Below, one piece after another: positions 12,113 to 22,842 of a stretch of DNA of 64,000 bases; the first letter of the stretch is position 1, and each line of letters begins with the position of its first letter. Origin of the DNA: Rhodocyclales bacterium. GTDB lineage: Bacteria > Pseudomonadota > Gammaproteobacteria > Burkholderiales > Rhodocyclaceae. A model generated the notes under the pieces. The model worked only from the letters and a program-made list of their open reading frames with translations, was not told the DNA's origin and made no database searches. Location of the stretch: the NCBI GenBank assembly GCA_016215645.1, contig JACRIX010000078.1, positions 16,905 through 80,904 on the forward strand, written 5' to 3'. A program made the translations under genes and the position numbers.

Positions 12113-12715
12113 ATGTCCGTTTTCCGTCATGCCGCATTTGAAATTTCCGTCGCCAAGCCCGATGGGCTGCCTCCCCCCGACGCTCCGGAGATCGCCTTCG
12201 TCGGCCGGTCGAATTCCGGAAAGTCAAGTGCAATCAATACACTGGTCGGTCACACGCGTCTGGCGTTTGTTTCCAAGACTCCTGGCCGTACCCAACTGAT
12301 CAATTTATTCCGGATGAAGAACGGCGCTGCCCTGGTGGACCTTCCGGGCTATGGTTTTGCTCAGGTACCGCTAGCCGTTCGACTACAGTGGCAGGGCTTG
12401 CTTGAACACTACCTGAGTCGGCGTCGCAACCTGATCGGCCTCGTATTGATCATGGACGCTCGGCGGCCTCTGACTGAACTCGACTGGAAGATGATCCACT
12501 GGTTTGGCCCCACGGGAAGGCCAATTCATTGTCTGCTGACCAAGTCGGACAAGTTGACTCGCCAGGAACAAACCAGGACCTTGCGCGAAGCCCGGGCCGC
12601 ACTTGCGGAGTTCAAGGACCAGATCAGCCTGCAGCTGTTTTCCAGCCTGAAGAAGACCGGCATCGACGAAGCCGAAGAGGCAATCGGCGGCTGGCTGAAC
12701 GCCGATTCTTCCTGA
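12113..12715 (+). CDS. engB: Ribosome biogenesis GTPase EngB/YihA
   Basis: GRSNSGKSS, SKTPGRT, DLPGYG and TKSDK. Confidence 0.96.
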   Translation: MSVFRHAAFEISVAKPDGLPPPDAPEIAFVGRSNSGKSSAINTLVGHTRLAFVSKTPGRTQLINLFRMKNGAALVDLPGYGFAQVPLAVRLQWQGLLEHYLSRRRNLIGLVLIMDARRPLTELDWKMIHWFGPTGRPIHCLLTKSDKLTRQEQTRTLREARAALAEFKDQISLQLFSSLKKTGIDEAEEAIGGWLNADSS

Positions 12716-12819
12716 GCTGGATCCGGCGCAAGCCGGCAGATCAGCCGTCCCGTTCCGCTGGAAGGGGGATGGGGAAAGGCACTTATAATTTGCCCACAAA
12801 GCCTTTATCTGGCGACGCC

Positions 12820-12938
12820 AAATAAAAGCCCTCGACCAAAGGGGGAGGCCGAGGGCGAAACACCTTGAAAATTCAAGGTACCCGCTCAGGGAGGTGAAGC
12901 GGGAGGTTGCGCAAACGAGAATCGTTCGCGGTCACCTG
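12820..12938 (-). ncRNA. Small RNA divergent from hemB; fits the anti-hemB RNA motif of Betaproteobacteria
   Basis: Minus-strand promoter TTGAAC(12972-12967)-16 nt-TATCAT(12950-12945). Three hairpins follow, one with a CACCUCCCU loop, then a terminator with a CUCCCCCU loop and U-tract. The position upstream of and opposite to hemB matches the family as I remember it. Confidence 0.75.
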
Positions 12939-12951
12939 AACACTATGATAG

Positions 12952-14016
<1,065 letters not shown>

Positions 14017-14071
14017 AGCTTGCGGGCTGCGGTGTCCTGAAAGTCGGCGCTGGCGGTACGGCGATCCGGGG

Positions 14072-14659
14072 TCAGCGCGCCAATATTGGCCACTGCGCCG
14101 GCCATCCCGCGAGCGGATCGTCCTTGAAGCCACTCTTGACGAAGCGCTGCCAGCGCCCAAGCGCATAGCAGACCAGCAGATTGGCGTGGGCGCCGAAGTC
14201 GTGCTCGGCTGAAAGCGCGCCTTGCGCCGCGGCCACCTTGAGCGATTGCTTGAGCGTGGCATCGATGCGGTCGAGCAACTGGTTGATGCGCAACTGCAGG
14301 CGCGGGTTTTCATGCACCAGGGCATCCCCCACCAGTACGCGCGTCAGGCCACGGTTCTTTTGCGCAAAGCGCAGCAATGAGGCAACGATGGCCTCGACCT
14401 GCTTCAGCCCCGACTCCTCTGCCGTCTCGATCTGCGAAATCACCGAGAACACTCCGCCCTCGATGAATTCGATGATCCCTTCGTACATCTGCGCCTTGCT
14501 GGCGAAGTGGCGATAGAGTGCCGCCTCGGAGACCTGCAATTGCTTGGCCAGCAGGGCGGTCGTGACCTTCTCGGCCGCCGGGCGTTCGAGCATTTCGGCG
14601 ATGGTTTGCAGGATCAGCAGCTTTTTTTCGCCGACTTTCGCAGCACGGTCATCGTTCAT
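14072..14659 (-). CDS. slmA: Nucleoid occlusion factor, TetR family
   Basis: KVTTALLAKQLQVSEAALYRHFASKAQMYEG; lies downstream of argB. Confidence 0.9.
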   Translation of the reverse strand: MNDDRAAKVGEKKLLILQTIAEMLERPAAEKVTTALLAKQLQVSEAALYRHFASKAQMYEGIIEFIEGGVFSVISQIETAEESGLKQVEAIVASLLRFAQKNRGLTRVLVGDALVHENPRLQLRINQLLDRIDATLKQSLKVAAAQGALSAEHDFGAHANLLVCYALGRWQRFVKSGFKDDPLAGWPAQWPILAR

Positions 14660-14673
14660 CGCGGCCTCCGCAT

Positions 14674-15594
<921 letters not shown>

Positions 15595-15666
15595 CTAGCG
15601 GCCTTGCGCAAGCGAGGTGAATCCCGCCGAGGTGCGCCCGGCGGGGTTCATCGAATCCGGCCAGGG

Positions 15667-15999
15667 CTATTTGAACTGGCCTTGTGCCTTCATCCGGTCG
15701 CAGGCGTTTGCCTTGGGCGCGGGCAGGGTCTTGCCCTGATCCTTGGCCTTGGCACCCATCGCCTTGTGGTGGTCCGCCTGATAGACCTTGCATTCATCGT
15801 ATGTCTTGAACGACCACATCTTTTCGCGGTGGGCCGCACGTTCTTCCTGTGACATCAAGGACCATCCCGGCGTGTTCCCCTGGCTGAATGCCATTCGGCC
15901 GGGACCCATGCCGCCCATACCAGGTCCAGGTTGCGCGAAAGCGGGTGCGACAAGAACGACCGTCAGCATGCCCAACAAAACAGTGCGTGCAGTTTTCAT
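15667..15999 (-). CDS. Small exported Met/Gly/His-rich hypothetical protein
   Basis: Signal peptide ending AFA-Q, then GPGMGGMGPGRM and NTPGWSLMSQEERAAHREKM. An SD (aaggaag) lies upstream. Confidence 0.7.
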   Translation of the reverse strand: MKTARTVLLGMLTVVLVAPAFAQPGPGMGGMGPGRMAFSQGNTPGWSLMSQEERAAHREKMWSFKTYDECKVYQADHHKAMGAKAKDQGKTLPAPKANACDRMKAQGQFK

Positions 16000-16185
16000 G
16001 ATGCTTCCTTTCGTTATTGGGAACCGATCCTGTTTGCCTACTTCCAGTCAAGTCCACGAGATCAGTGGCCGCAAGGTGGACATGGAAACAGTTTGTAAGT
16101 GCTTCCGGCATCCGCAAGTCGTCGTCTCGCGAAATGTCATTCCCCTTGGAATCGCTGTCCCGACCTGACTCCACAGTTGGGCCTA

Positions 16186-16263
16186 CATAATCAATTCCTA
16201 TCTCTGGGATCGGAAAAAAGTCTTGGACAAACGTATTTCAATCCAACACAATTTAATCATCAA
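16186..16263 (+). promoter_or_regulatory. LysR (CynR) box plus sigma70 promoter, copy 1, upstream of cbiM-cynS
   Basis: ATA-N9-TAT (T-N11-A) at 16187-16201, then TGGACA-N17-CACAAT. 68 of 78 positions are identical to 20573-20650. Confidence 0.8.
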
Positions 16264-16400
16264 GGTTTTCCCGGATCTTCCGGATCCTTGGTGCAGGGTC
16301 GGGTGTTTCATATAACTGGATGATTCTGCGAAAAATTGGCTTTTGTCGCCGCCCCCAGTCGGGCGGTAACGTCGCACCGCAATCAAGAGGAGAAGCAAGC

Positions 16401-17084
16401 ATGCATATCGAACCTGGCATTGTTGTCGGAGCAACCAAACTGGCCCTGGGTTATGCCACGGCCGCTGGCGTGATTGGCTATTCGGCCAAGCTTGCGCTGG
16501 ACATGGCCAAGAAGGACGGATTGGGCCAGATGGCTGCCCGTGCACTGATCGCCGCCGCCCTCGTCTTGAGCTTTTTCGAGGTTCTGCCGCACTATCCGGT
16601 CGGGGTTTCAGAGGTGCACTTCATCCTCGGTTCTACCTTGTTCCTGATGTTTGGCGCTGGCCCTGCCGCCCTTGGTCTGGCTCTGGGCTTGCTTGCTCAG
16701 GGACTTCTGTTCGCGCCTGCCGACCTGCCCCAATATGGCATGAACGTCACCAGCCTTCTGGTTCCGCTGCTTGCGATCAGCACGCTTGCCCACCGAATCA
16801 TCCCGGCGAATACGGCATATACCGACGTCAGCTACAAGCAGGCGCTGAAACTTTCGACTGCGTATCAAGGCGGCGTGATCGCCTGGGTTGCATTCTGGGC
16901 CTTTTTTGGTGCGGGCTTTACCGCCGAAACCATGGCCGGCGTTGCCACTTTTGGCGCCGCCTACATCAGCGTTGTTGCGATCGAGCCGGTCATCGACCTC
17001 GGGATCCTCGCATTCGCCAAGACGATGCGTTCGATGGAGCGTAGTGGCTTGTTCCAGTCGCGCATGTATCGCGCCGCAATTTGA
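16401..17084 (+). CDS. CbiM-like (ECF S-component) cobalt transport protein
   Basis: N-terminal MHIEPG metal-binding motif, GVSEVHFILG and 6-7 TM segments. SD gaggag lies upstream of the ATG at 16401. Confidence 0.85.
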   Translation: MHIEPGIVVGATKLALGYATAAGVIGYSAKLALDMAKKDGLGQMAARALIAAALVLSFFEVLPHYPVGVSEVHFILGSTLFLMFGAGPAALGLALGLLAQGLLFAPADLPQYGMNVTSLLVPLLAISTLAHRIIPANTAYTDVSYKQALKLSTAYQGGVIAWVAFWAFFGAGFTAETMAGVATFGAAYISVVAIEPVIDLGILAFAKTMRSMERSGLFQSRMYRAAI

Positions 17085-17186
17085 TGTCTGCGGGATCTCC
17101 GGCGCTGGGCCGGAGATCCTGATCGCACTGCCGCCCTACCCCCTTCCCCAAGGTTTTGACAACCCATCGATACCGGGATGCAGCCA

Positions 17187-17627
17187 ATGAAAAAAGCAGA
17201 AATGAAGGACGCCATTCTCGAGGCGAAAATTGCCAAAAACCTGAAATGGGCCGATATCGCCAAGGCTGCCGGCATCTCGCCGGAATACACCTGCTCGGCT
17301 TGTCTGGGCATGAATCACCTCGAAAAGAAACCCGCGGAGGCGGTCGCCAAGGCGCTTGGTCTGGGCAAGGAAGTTTCCGCCGCCCTGCAGCGCTTCCCGA
17401 CCAAGACCTGGACACAGACCATTCCCACCGACCCGCTGATCTACCGCTGGTATGAAATCGTCGGCGTATATGGCGAAACCATCAAGGAAATCATCAACGA
17501 GAAGTTCGGCGATGGCATCATGAGCGCAATTGACTTCACGATGGAAATCAAAAAGCAGGAAGACCCAAAGGGCGATCGCGTGGTGGTAACGCTGAATGGT
17601 AAGTTCCTGCCGTACAAGGCCTGGTAG
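17187..17627 (+). CDS. cynS: Cyanate lyase (cyanase)
   Basis: IPTDPLIYR, EKFGDGIMSAIDF and GKFLPY. Alternative start at 17178. Confidence 0.97.
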   Translation: MKKAEMKDAILEAKIAKNLKWADIAKAAGISPEYTCSACLGMNHLEKKPAEAVAKALGLGKEVSAALQRFPTKTWTQTIPTDPLIYRWYEIVGVYGETIKEIINEKFGDGIMSAIDFTMEIKKQEDPKGDRVVVTLNGKFLPYKAW

Positions 17628-17649
17628 CAAGGCAAGGAAACACAGCGAG

Positions 17650-17686
17650 ACCGGGGCCGTTTGCGCGGCGCCCGGTTTTTGCTTTG
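17650..17686 (+). terminator. Probable intrinsic terminator after cynS
   Basis: Bulged GC hairpin accggggccg...cggcgcccggt followed by ttttgctttg. Confidence 0.6.
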
Positions 17687-17741
17687 TTGAGTATTGAACG
17701 GCTTCGAGTCGATTCCGGTACTGAACGCTGAAAGGGCCATC

Positions 17742-18563
17742 ATGACGGCGCGCGATCCACACAGGTTTGTCAATGAACTGGAGAAGTCGGCAATCGAGCG
17801 CCTGATCGCGCGTCTTGAGAGCCGGGCCAAGGACAAGGTGTTTACGCGCCTGTTCGACCGCTATGCGGCTGAGCTGATCCCGGGCACTGGCGGCAAGGTG
17901 CTTGAGGTGGGATGTGGCACCGGGGCCACGCTTCGCGCCCTGGTGCGGCGCGAAGACTTTTCCGGCGATGCCGTCGGGGTTGACCAGAGCGAGGACTTCA
18001 TCGATGCAGCTCGGAAGTTCATTGCCGGCGAATCGTTTGCGGAGCGCATGAAGTTCGATGTCGGTGATGCACATCACCTCGATTTTCCCGACGGCACGTT
18101 CGATATTGTCTATGCACATACCTTGATCAGCCACGTGACTGATCCGCTGTCGGTGCTGCGGGAAATGGTCAGGGTGCTGCGGCCCGGGGGCAAACTGGCC
18201 ATCTTCGATGGCGACTATGCCTCGATGACTTACGCCTTGCCGGATCACGATCTCGGTCAGCGCCTCGACGCCGCCCTGGTCAAGGCCAGCTTCAACAACC
18301 CGCGAATCATGCGCGATCTGCCGCGGATGATGCCCGAGTTTGGATTGCGGCTGGACGCGGCGTGGGGAGAGGCAGTAGTTGAAATAGGTAAAGGCAGCTA
18401 TTTCAAGTCCTTTGTCGAAACCTATGCGCCGTACATCGTGAACGCCGGATTCTTTCCGGCCGACGTTGTGGAACCCTGGCTGGCGGCCCAGCTCAGGGCA
18501 ATCGAGGATGGGACATTCTTCGCCGCCTGCACCTATTACACTTACATCGCGCGACGCGTCTGA
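17742..18563 (+). CDS. Class I SAM-dependent methyltransferase
   Basis: VLEVGCGTG, GDAHHLDFPDGTFD and EMVRVLRPGG. Confidence 0.9.
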   Translation: MTARDPHRFVNELEKSAIERLIARLESRAKDKVFTRLFDRYAAELIPGTGGKVLEVGCGTGATLRALVRREDFSGDAVGVDQSEDFIDAARKFIAGESFAERMKFDVGDAHHLDFPDGTFDIVYAHTLISHVTDPLSVLREMVRVLRPGGKLAIFDGDYASMTYALPDHDLGQRLDAALVKASFNNPRIMRDLPRMMPEFGLRLDAAWGEAVVEIGKGSYFKSFVETYAPYIVNAGFFPADVVEPWLAAQLRAIEDGTFFAACTYYTYIARRV

Positions 18564-18635
18564 AATCGCCTTGCCGGTGCCCGGGAGGCTACGGCCGGTT
18601 CCCGTTGATTCCGTTTGCAGCGAGTGCGCAAATTC

Positions 18636-19520
18636 ATGAAACCAAATTTCTATATCGTCGACGTTTTTGCAGAACAGGCCTATGCGGGCAACCCGCTTGC
18701 CGTTGTTTTGGGTGCCGAGAGTTTCGATGATGAGCTAATGCAGAAGCTGGCGGCGGAAACGAACTATTCCGAGACAACGTTTGTGTACTCCGAGCAGGAA
18801 AAGGACGGCGGTTACCGTACCCGATTGTTTACCCCCGCCCGGGAGATCGCCTTTGCCGGGCACCCCATATTGGGTACGGCCTGGGTGGTGCGCAAAGCGT
18901 ATGCCCGTGACAACCCTGCAACCATCAGGCTGAACCTCGATGTTGGCCAGGTACCGGTTACCTTCGAGCCTGCGGCCGGTGCGGCTGAGATTGTCTGGTT
19001 TACCGCACCCGCGGTGACTCCGGGCGGGACTGTCGATCCGTCAAGGATAGCCGCCGCGCTAGGGATATCGGTGGCGGATATCGACATCCGATTCCCGGTC
19101 CAACAGATGGCGGCCGGCACCTCCGCCATGATTGTTCCCCTGCGCAGCCTCGATGCCTTGCGCCGCTGCCGACTCAACCTGGCGGCATACGCTGGTTTGG
19201 CCGCAGACGGCTTTCCCCCGCTTGTATATCTTTTCTGCAGCGAAACCCGCCATCCCGGGAACGATTTGTCGGCCCGGTTTTTCTTTGAGGCGCATGGCGT
19301 TCGGGAAGATCCGGCGACCGGAAACGGCGCTGCCTTTTTGGGCGCTTATCTGGTGAAGCACCAGGTATTCGATCCACACAAGCGTGCCTGGCGGATCGAG
19401 CAGGGCGACGAGGTCCGTAGGCCTTCGCTGGTACAACTACGCGTCGGCGCGAGTGCTGCCGGGGTCGAAATCCAGGTCGGCGGGAAAGTCATCGCCGCCG
19501 TCCAGGGAAGCCTGGTCTGA
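18636..19520 (+). CDS. PhzF-family isomerase/epimerase
   Basis: VDVFAEQAYAGNPLAV, SETTF, EIAFAGHP and EDPATG. Confidence 0.92.
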   Translation: MKPNFYIVDVFAEQAYAGNPLAVVLGAESFDDELMQKLAAETNYSETTFVYSEQEKDGGYRTRLFTPAREIAFAGHPILGTAWVVRKAYARDNPATIRLNLDVGQVPVTFEPAAGAAEIVWFTAPAVTPGGTVDPSRIAAALGISVADIDIRFPVQQMAAGTSAMIVPLRSLDALRRCRLNLAAYAGLAADGFPPLVYLFCSETRHPGNDLSARFFFEAHGVREDPATGNGAAFLGAYLVKHQVFDPHKRAWRIEQGDEVRRPSLVQLRVGASAAGVEIQVGGKVIAAVQGSLV

Positions 19521-19543
19521 TCGGGTACCCAACCCGGGACCGT

Positions 19544-20560
19544 TCAGCGAGCGGCAGTCAGTTCCGGTGACCCCTGCTGTCGACCGGCAGCAGGGCCTTT
19601 CTTGTCAGCAATCCGTTCCCCCGTCAGGGCCGCTGGCCGGGACTCGTCGTTCAGCGATACCGGCGAACGGCCAAAATTCCATTCCGCGGCGAGTCTGCCG
19701 AAGGCGCGGCAGGCCGGACTCTTGTATGTGTCCTTGGGTCCGATCAGTGCAATGGTGTGATGCGGCAATTCCGGATGCAATGGAACTCCATACAGCCCAG
19801 GCTGGGTACAGGCGATCGTGGTGGGCAGGACGGTAATCAGTCTGCCCATGCTGGTTGCCTGCACCATCATGCTCAGTGAATTGGTTTCGACCGCGATGCG
19901 CGGGCGGACGCCGTGCTCAAGGCAATACAAATCAAAGTGCCGGCGCAGCGCAAAATTCTGGTTCAGGAGAATCAGTGGTTCATCCTGGAGCACGCTGATG
20001 CCCATGGGCATCTGGCGTCCCGCAAGTCGATGCCCGGTGCCGACGGCAAGGCTCAGGGGTTCCATGAACAGGGTATGCAGTTCGATCTTGTTCGACCAGG
20101 TTTCCGTGGATGGGGTGTGGGTGAACGCGATTCCTGCGTCGAGCGTGCTGTCCGCCACCCCGGATTCGATTTCGTCCTGCGACATTTCCATCGCGCTGAT
20201 CATGATCCCGGGATAGCGGGCATTGAATTCATCGAGCAGCGAGGTCATCAGGTACTCGGTGATCGGGGTCATCCCCAAACGCAGAAAGCCGCGGCTGAGA
20301 TCCTCCAGCTCAATGACCGCCCTCTTCCCCGCGTCAAGCTCATCAAGCGCGCGACGCGCGTGGCGAACATAGACCTCGCCAGCATCGGTCAATCTCACGG
20401 TTCGCCCGGAGCGATCGAGCAGCTGCACGTCCAGCGCCTCTTCGAGCAGTTTGATCTGCTGGGAAAGTGTTGGCTGGGTGACATGTAGCGCTTCCGCCGC
20501 CCGCGTGAAGCTGTGATTCTCGGCGACCGAGAGCAAATAACTGATCGAACGGGGGAACAT
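19544..20560 (-). CDS. cynR: LysR-family regulator, CynR-like
   Basis: SFTRAAEALHVTQPTLSQQIK...DRSGRTVRLTDAGEVY...ALDELDAGKRA...EMSQDEIE closely follows the E. coli CynR sequence as I remember it. Alternative start at 20575. Confidence 0.85.
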   Translation of the reverse strand: MFPRSISYLLSVAENHSFTRAAEALHVTQPTLSQQIKLLEEALDVQLLDRSGRTVRLTDAGEVYVRHARRALDELDAGKRAVIELEDLSRGFLRLGMTPITEYLMTSLLDEFNARYPGIMISAMEMSQDEIESGVADSTLDAGIAFTHTPSTETWSNKIELHTLFMEPLSLAVGTGHRLAGRQMPMGISVLQDEPLILLNQNFALRRHFDLYCLEHGVRPRIAVETNSLSMMVQATSMGRLITVLPTTIACTQPGLYGVPLHPELPHHTIALIGPKDTYKSPACRAFGRLAAEWNFGRSPVSLNDESRPAALTGERIADKKGPAAGRQQGSPELTAAR

Positions 20561-20572
20561 CAGCTTCGAATG

Positions 20573-20650
20573 CATAACCAATTCCTATGTGGCGGATCGG
20601 AAAATAGTCTTGGACAAACTTACTTGAATCCAACAAAATTTAATCATCAA
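20573..20650 (+). promoter_or_regulatory. LysR (CynR) box plus sigma70 promoter, copy 2, between cynR and scnB
   Basis: ATA-N9-TAT at 20574-20588, then TGGACA-N17-CAAAAT. Abuts the divergent cynR start. Confidence 0.8.
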
Positions 20651-20834
20651 CTACTTGTGGCGTGCCGTCGTCGTCGCGAATGCAACACACAATCATACGA
20701 CTTTACGCATAGTTGTTGATGGGGATTCGGAATTGGGAATGTTCCAACAGGCTTGGGTTCCAGTATCAAACGCCGGCCCTGCTGGTTGCAGGACGGCGGT
20801 TCCGCAAGAAAACAATCAAAGGAGAAGTCCAGCC

Positions 20835-21275
20835 ATGTCATCAAGTACCAGAGACGAAGTGCTGCGGCATTTGCAGGCGGTGGTCGAAATCGAACCGCCG
20901 GTGCAGCAGACGGGCAAGGCGATCTATGCGTCCGACCTCACCCACGAGATGTTCCGCGCCTACACCAGGTCGCCCCACGATGTCGGTGGGCAGGTGGACG
21001 TGCCGGTCGAGTGGACTGAAGAAGAGTCCGAGGCTTGGGGCTACCGGGCCTATGTCACCACCGAGTGCCTGGCGTGGCGCGGCGTTTGGTGTGCCGAAGA
21101 GCGGCGTCGCATGCAGAACGTCGATCTCGGCACGAGCCAGTACCTGGGCCTGCCCTACTACGGCCGTTGGCTGCTTTCCGCAGCGCGGATTCTGGTGGAG
21201 GGACATCACATCACCCTTACCGAACTGATCAACAAAATCGACGAGGTGAAAAAACGCCATGAGCCAGCACGATAG
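20835..21275 (+). CDS. scnB: Thiocyanate hydrolase beta subunit
   Basis: MSSSTRDEVLRHL, FRAYTRSPHDVGG, ECLAWRGVWCAEERRR and YLGLPYYGRWLL match Thiobacillus thioparus ScnB as I remember it. SD aaggag. Confidence 0.92.
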   Translation: MSSSTRDEVLRHLQAVVEIEPPVQQTGKAIYASDLTHEMFRAYTRSPHDVGGQVDVPVEWTEEESEAWGYRAYVTTECLAWRGVWCAEERRRMQNVDLGTSQYLGLPYYGRWLLSAARILVEGHHITLTELINKIDEVKKRHEPAR

Positions 21276-21624
21276 AACCCATCACGCCAGAATCGCCACC
21301 GGCAAGGGCGATCCCCAATGTTTTGCCGGCACGGCCGGCGGACCGTCAAAGTTCAAGGTGGGTGATCGCGTTCGCATCAAGGATATGCCGGACATCTTCT
21401 ACACGCGCTGTCAGGTGTATACCCGTGGTGCGGTAGGCGAGGTCGCCGTCGTCACGCACGAGAGTCCGGCTCCGGAAGATGAGGCCTGGGGGCATGTCGA
21501 CAAGTCCGAGTGGTTCTACATCGTGCGTTTCAAGCAAACGGATCTCTGGCCGGAGTATCCGGCCGCCTTTGCCAAAGATACCTTGCAGACCGAATTCTCC
21601 GAGCGTTGGCTCGAGGCGGTTTAA
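21259..21624 (+). CDS. scnA: Thiocyanate hydrolase alpha subunit
   Basis: DRTHHARIATGKGDPQCF, KFKVGDRVRIKDMPDIFYTR and DLWPEY; equivalent to the NHase beta C-terminal domain. Confidence 0.92.
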   Translation: MSQHDRTHHARIATGKGDPQCFAGTAGGPSKFKVGDRVRIKDMPDIFYTRCQVYTRGAVGEVAVVTHESPAPEDEAWGHVDKSEWFYIVRFKQTDLWPEYPAAFAKDTLQTEFSERWLEAV

Positions 21625-21661
21625 CGGGCCGATCGGCACCAGATAAAAGGAAGGGAATTAC

Positions 21662-22372
21662 ATGTCACACGATCACGATCACGATCACGGCCATAACGCA
21701 TCGGCACCGATGGTCGACGAAATCAGCGATTTCGAGGCGCTCGAAATCGCGGTTCGCGAAATATGTATCGAGAAGGGTCTGTTCTCCGCGGAAGACCATC
21801 GCAAATTCACCGAGTTCGCCGAGCACATTGGTCCGACACCGGCGGCGCGCATGGTTGCCAAGGCCTGGCTAGATCCCGAGTACAAGAAGCTGGTCTTGAC
21901 CGATGCCATTGCTGCGAGCAAGGATGTCGGCGTTGACTACTTGAATCCGACAGGTTTCGGCACGCCCAGCGACTACACCGATCTTCGCGTTCTGGAGGAT
22001 ACCCCCACTGTGCATCACGTTGTTGTCTGCACCCTGTGCTCCTGCTATCCGCGCCCAATTCTGGGCTTCCAACCGGAGTGGTACCGCACGCCGAACTATC
22101 GTCGTCGTATCGTGCGTTGGCCGCGTCAAGTGCTGGCGGAGTTCGGATTGACCCTGCCGGCGGAGGTTGACGTTCGTGTCGAGGATTCGAACCAGAAATG
22201 CCGCTTCATCGTCATGCCCGTTCGCCCGGCCGGCACTGAAGGCTGGACTGAAGACCAACTGACCGAAATTGTTACGCGCGATTGCCTGATCGGCGTTGCG
22301 CTACCCAAGCCCGGCGTGACGTCCAACCTTGAATTGCCCGTGCATCGTGCGGCAAAGCCGGCGCACCATTAA
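21662..22372 (+). CDS. scnC: Thiocyanate hydrolase gamma (cobalt-binding) subunit
   Basis: VCTLCSCY cobalt-type motif, WYRTPNYRRRIVRWPR and a His-rich N-terminus (HDHDHDHGH). Confidence 0.94.
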   Translation: MSHDHDHDHGHNASAPMVDEISDFEALEIAVREICIEKGLFSAEDHRKFTEFAEHIGPTPAARMVAKAWLDPEYKKLVLTDAIAASKDVGVDYLNPTGFGTPSDYTDLRVLEDTPTVHHVVVCTLCSCYPRPILGFQPEWYRTPNYRRRIVRWPRQVLAEFGLTLPAEVDVRVEDSNQKCRFIVMPVRPAGTEGWTEDQLTEIVTRDCLIGVALPKPGVTSNLELPVHRAAKPAHH

Positions 22373-22386
22373 AAGGAGGAATCATC

Positions 22387-22842
22387 ATGCCCGTACCCGA
22401 GAATATGCACGCGCCCGCCGAAATGGCGGAGTGCGCGGCGAACTGGACCCCGGTTCCGCTTTTGGAAGAGATCAAGGAGCATGGGCGGGTCTGGGGCGAT
22501 CTGGCCGACCAGTACGGCGTCACGAATCCGGATCCTCCATGGAAGACCAGCCTAGACGGCATGTGTGAAGTCTTGGCATCCGGTTCGTGCTCTTCAATGG
22601 CGGCGGCCGAGAAGCGCTGGCTGGCGGGTGATGTGGTGCGTGAAGCGATGGATGCGCCGCTGCCCTTGCTTGAGCGTCGCTGGGAGGAGGATGAACTGTC
22701 CGCGACCCTCTATCAAGACGTTCCCTTCCCCGAGCGCCAGTTGCTGGCGCTGACGCACTCGTTGATCAAGCGTGGCCTGGTCGATCCGGACGTCTTGAAG
22801 ACGAAAATGAAGGAAGTACACGAGCGGCTTACCGCCACCTAG
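22387..22842 (+). CDS. Thiocyanate hydrolase activator/metallochaperone (P15K-like)
   Basis: 151 aa directly after scnC. LERRWEEDEL...YQDVPFPERQLLALTHSLIKRGLV resembles the NHase beta N-terminal/activator fold. Confidence 0.75.
   Translation: MPVPENMHAPAEMAECAANWTPVPLLEEIKEHGRVWGDLADQYGVTNPDPPWKTSLDGMCEVLASGSCSSMAAAEKRWLAGDVVREAMDAPLPLLERRWEEDELSATLYQDVPFPERQLLALTHSLIKRGLVDPDVLKTKMKEVHERLTAT

Noticed and set aside
16000-16400. Cobalamin riboswitch upstream of cbiM
   Set aside because: No B12-box or conserved core is recognisable, and the space is occupied by the LysR promoter copy.
21668-21694. CACGAT tandem repeat as a contingency locus
   Set aside because: It is an in-frame His-Asp tract, common at the N-terminus of this subunit family.
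20835-22372. Calling the cluster a cobalt nitrile hydratase
   Set aside because: The beta-equivalent is split into two genes in the order scnB-scnA-scnC, and the sequences follow thiocyanate hydrolase. The cyanase and sulfur genes nearby agree.
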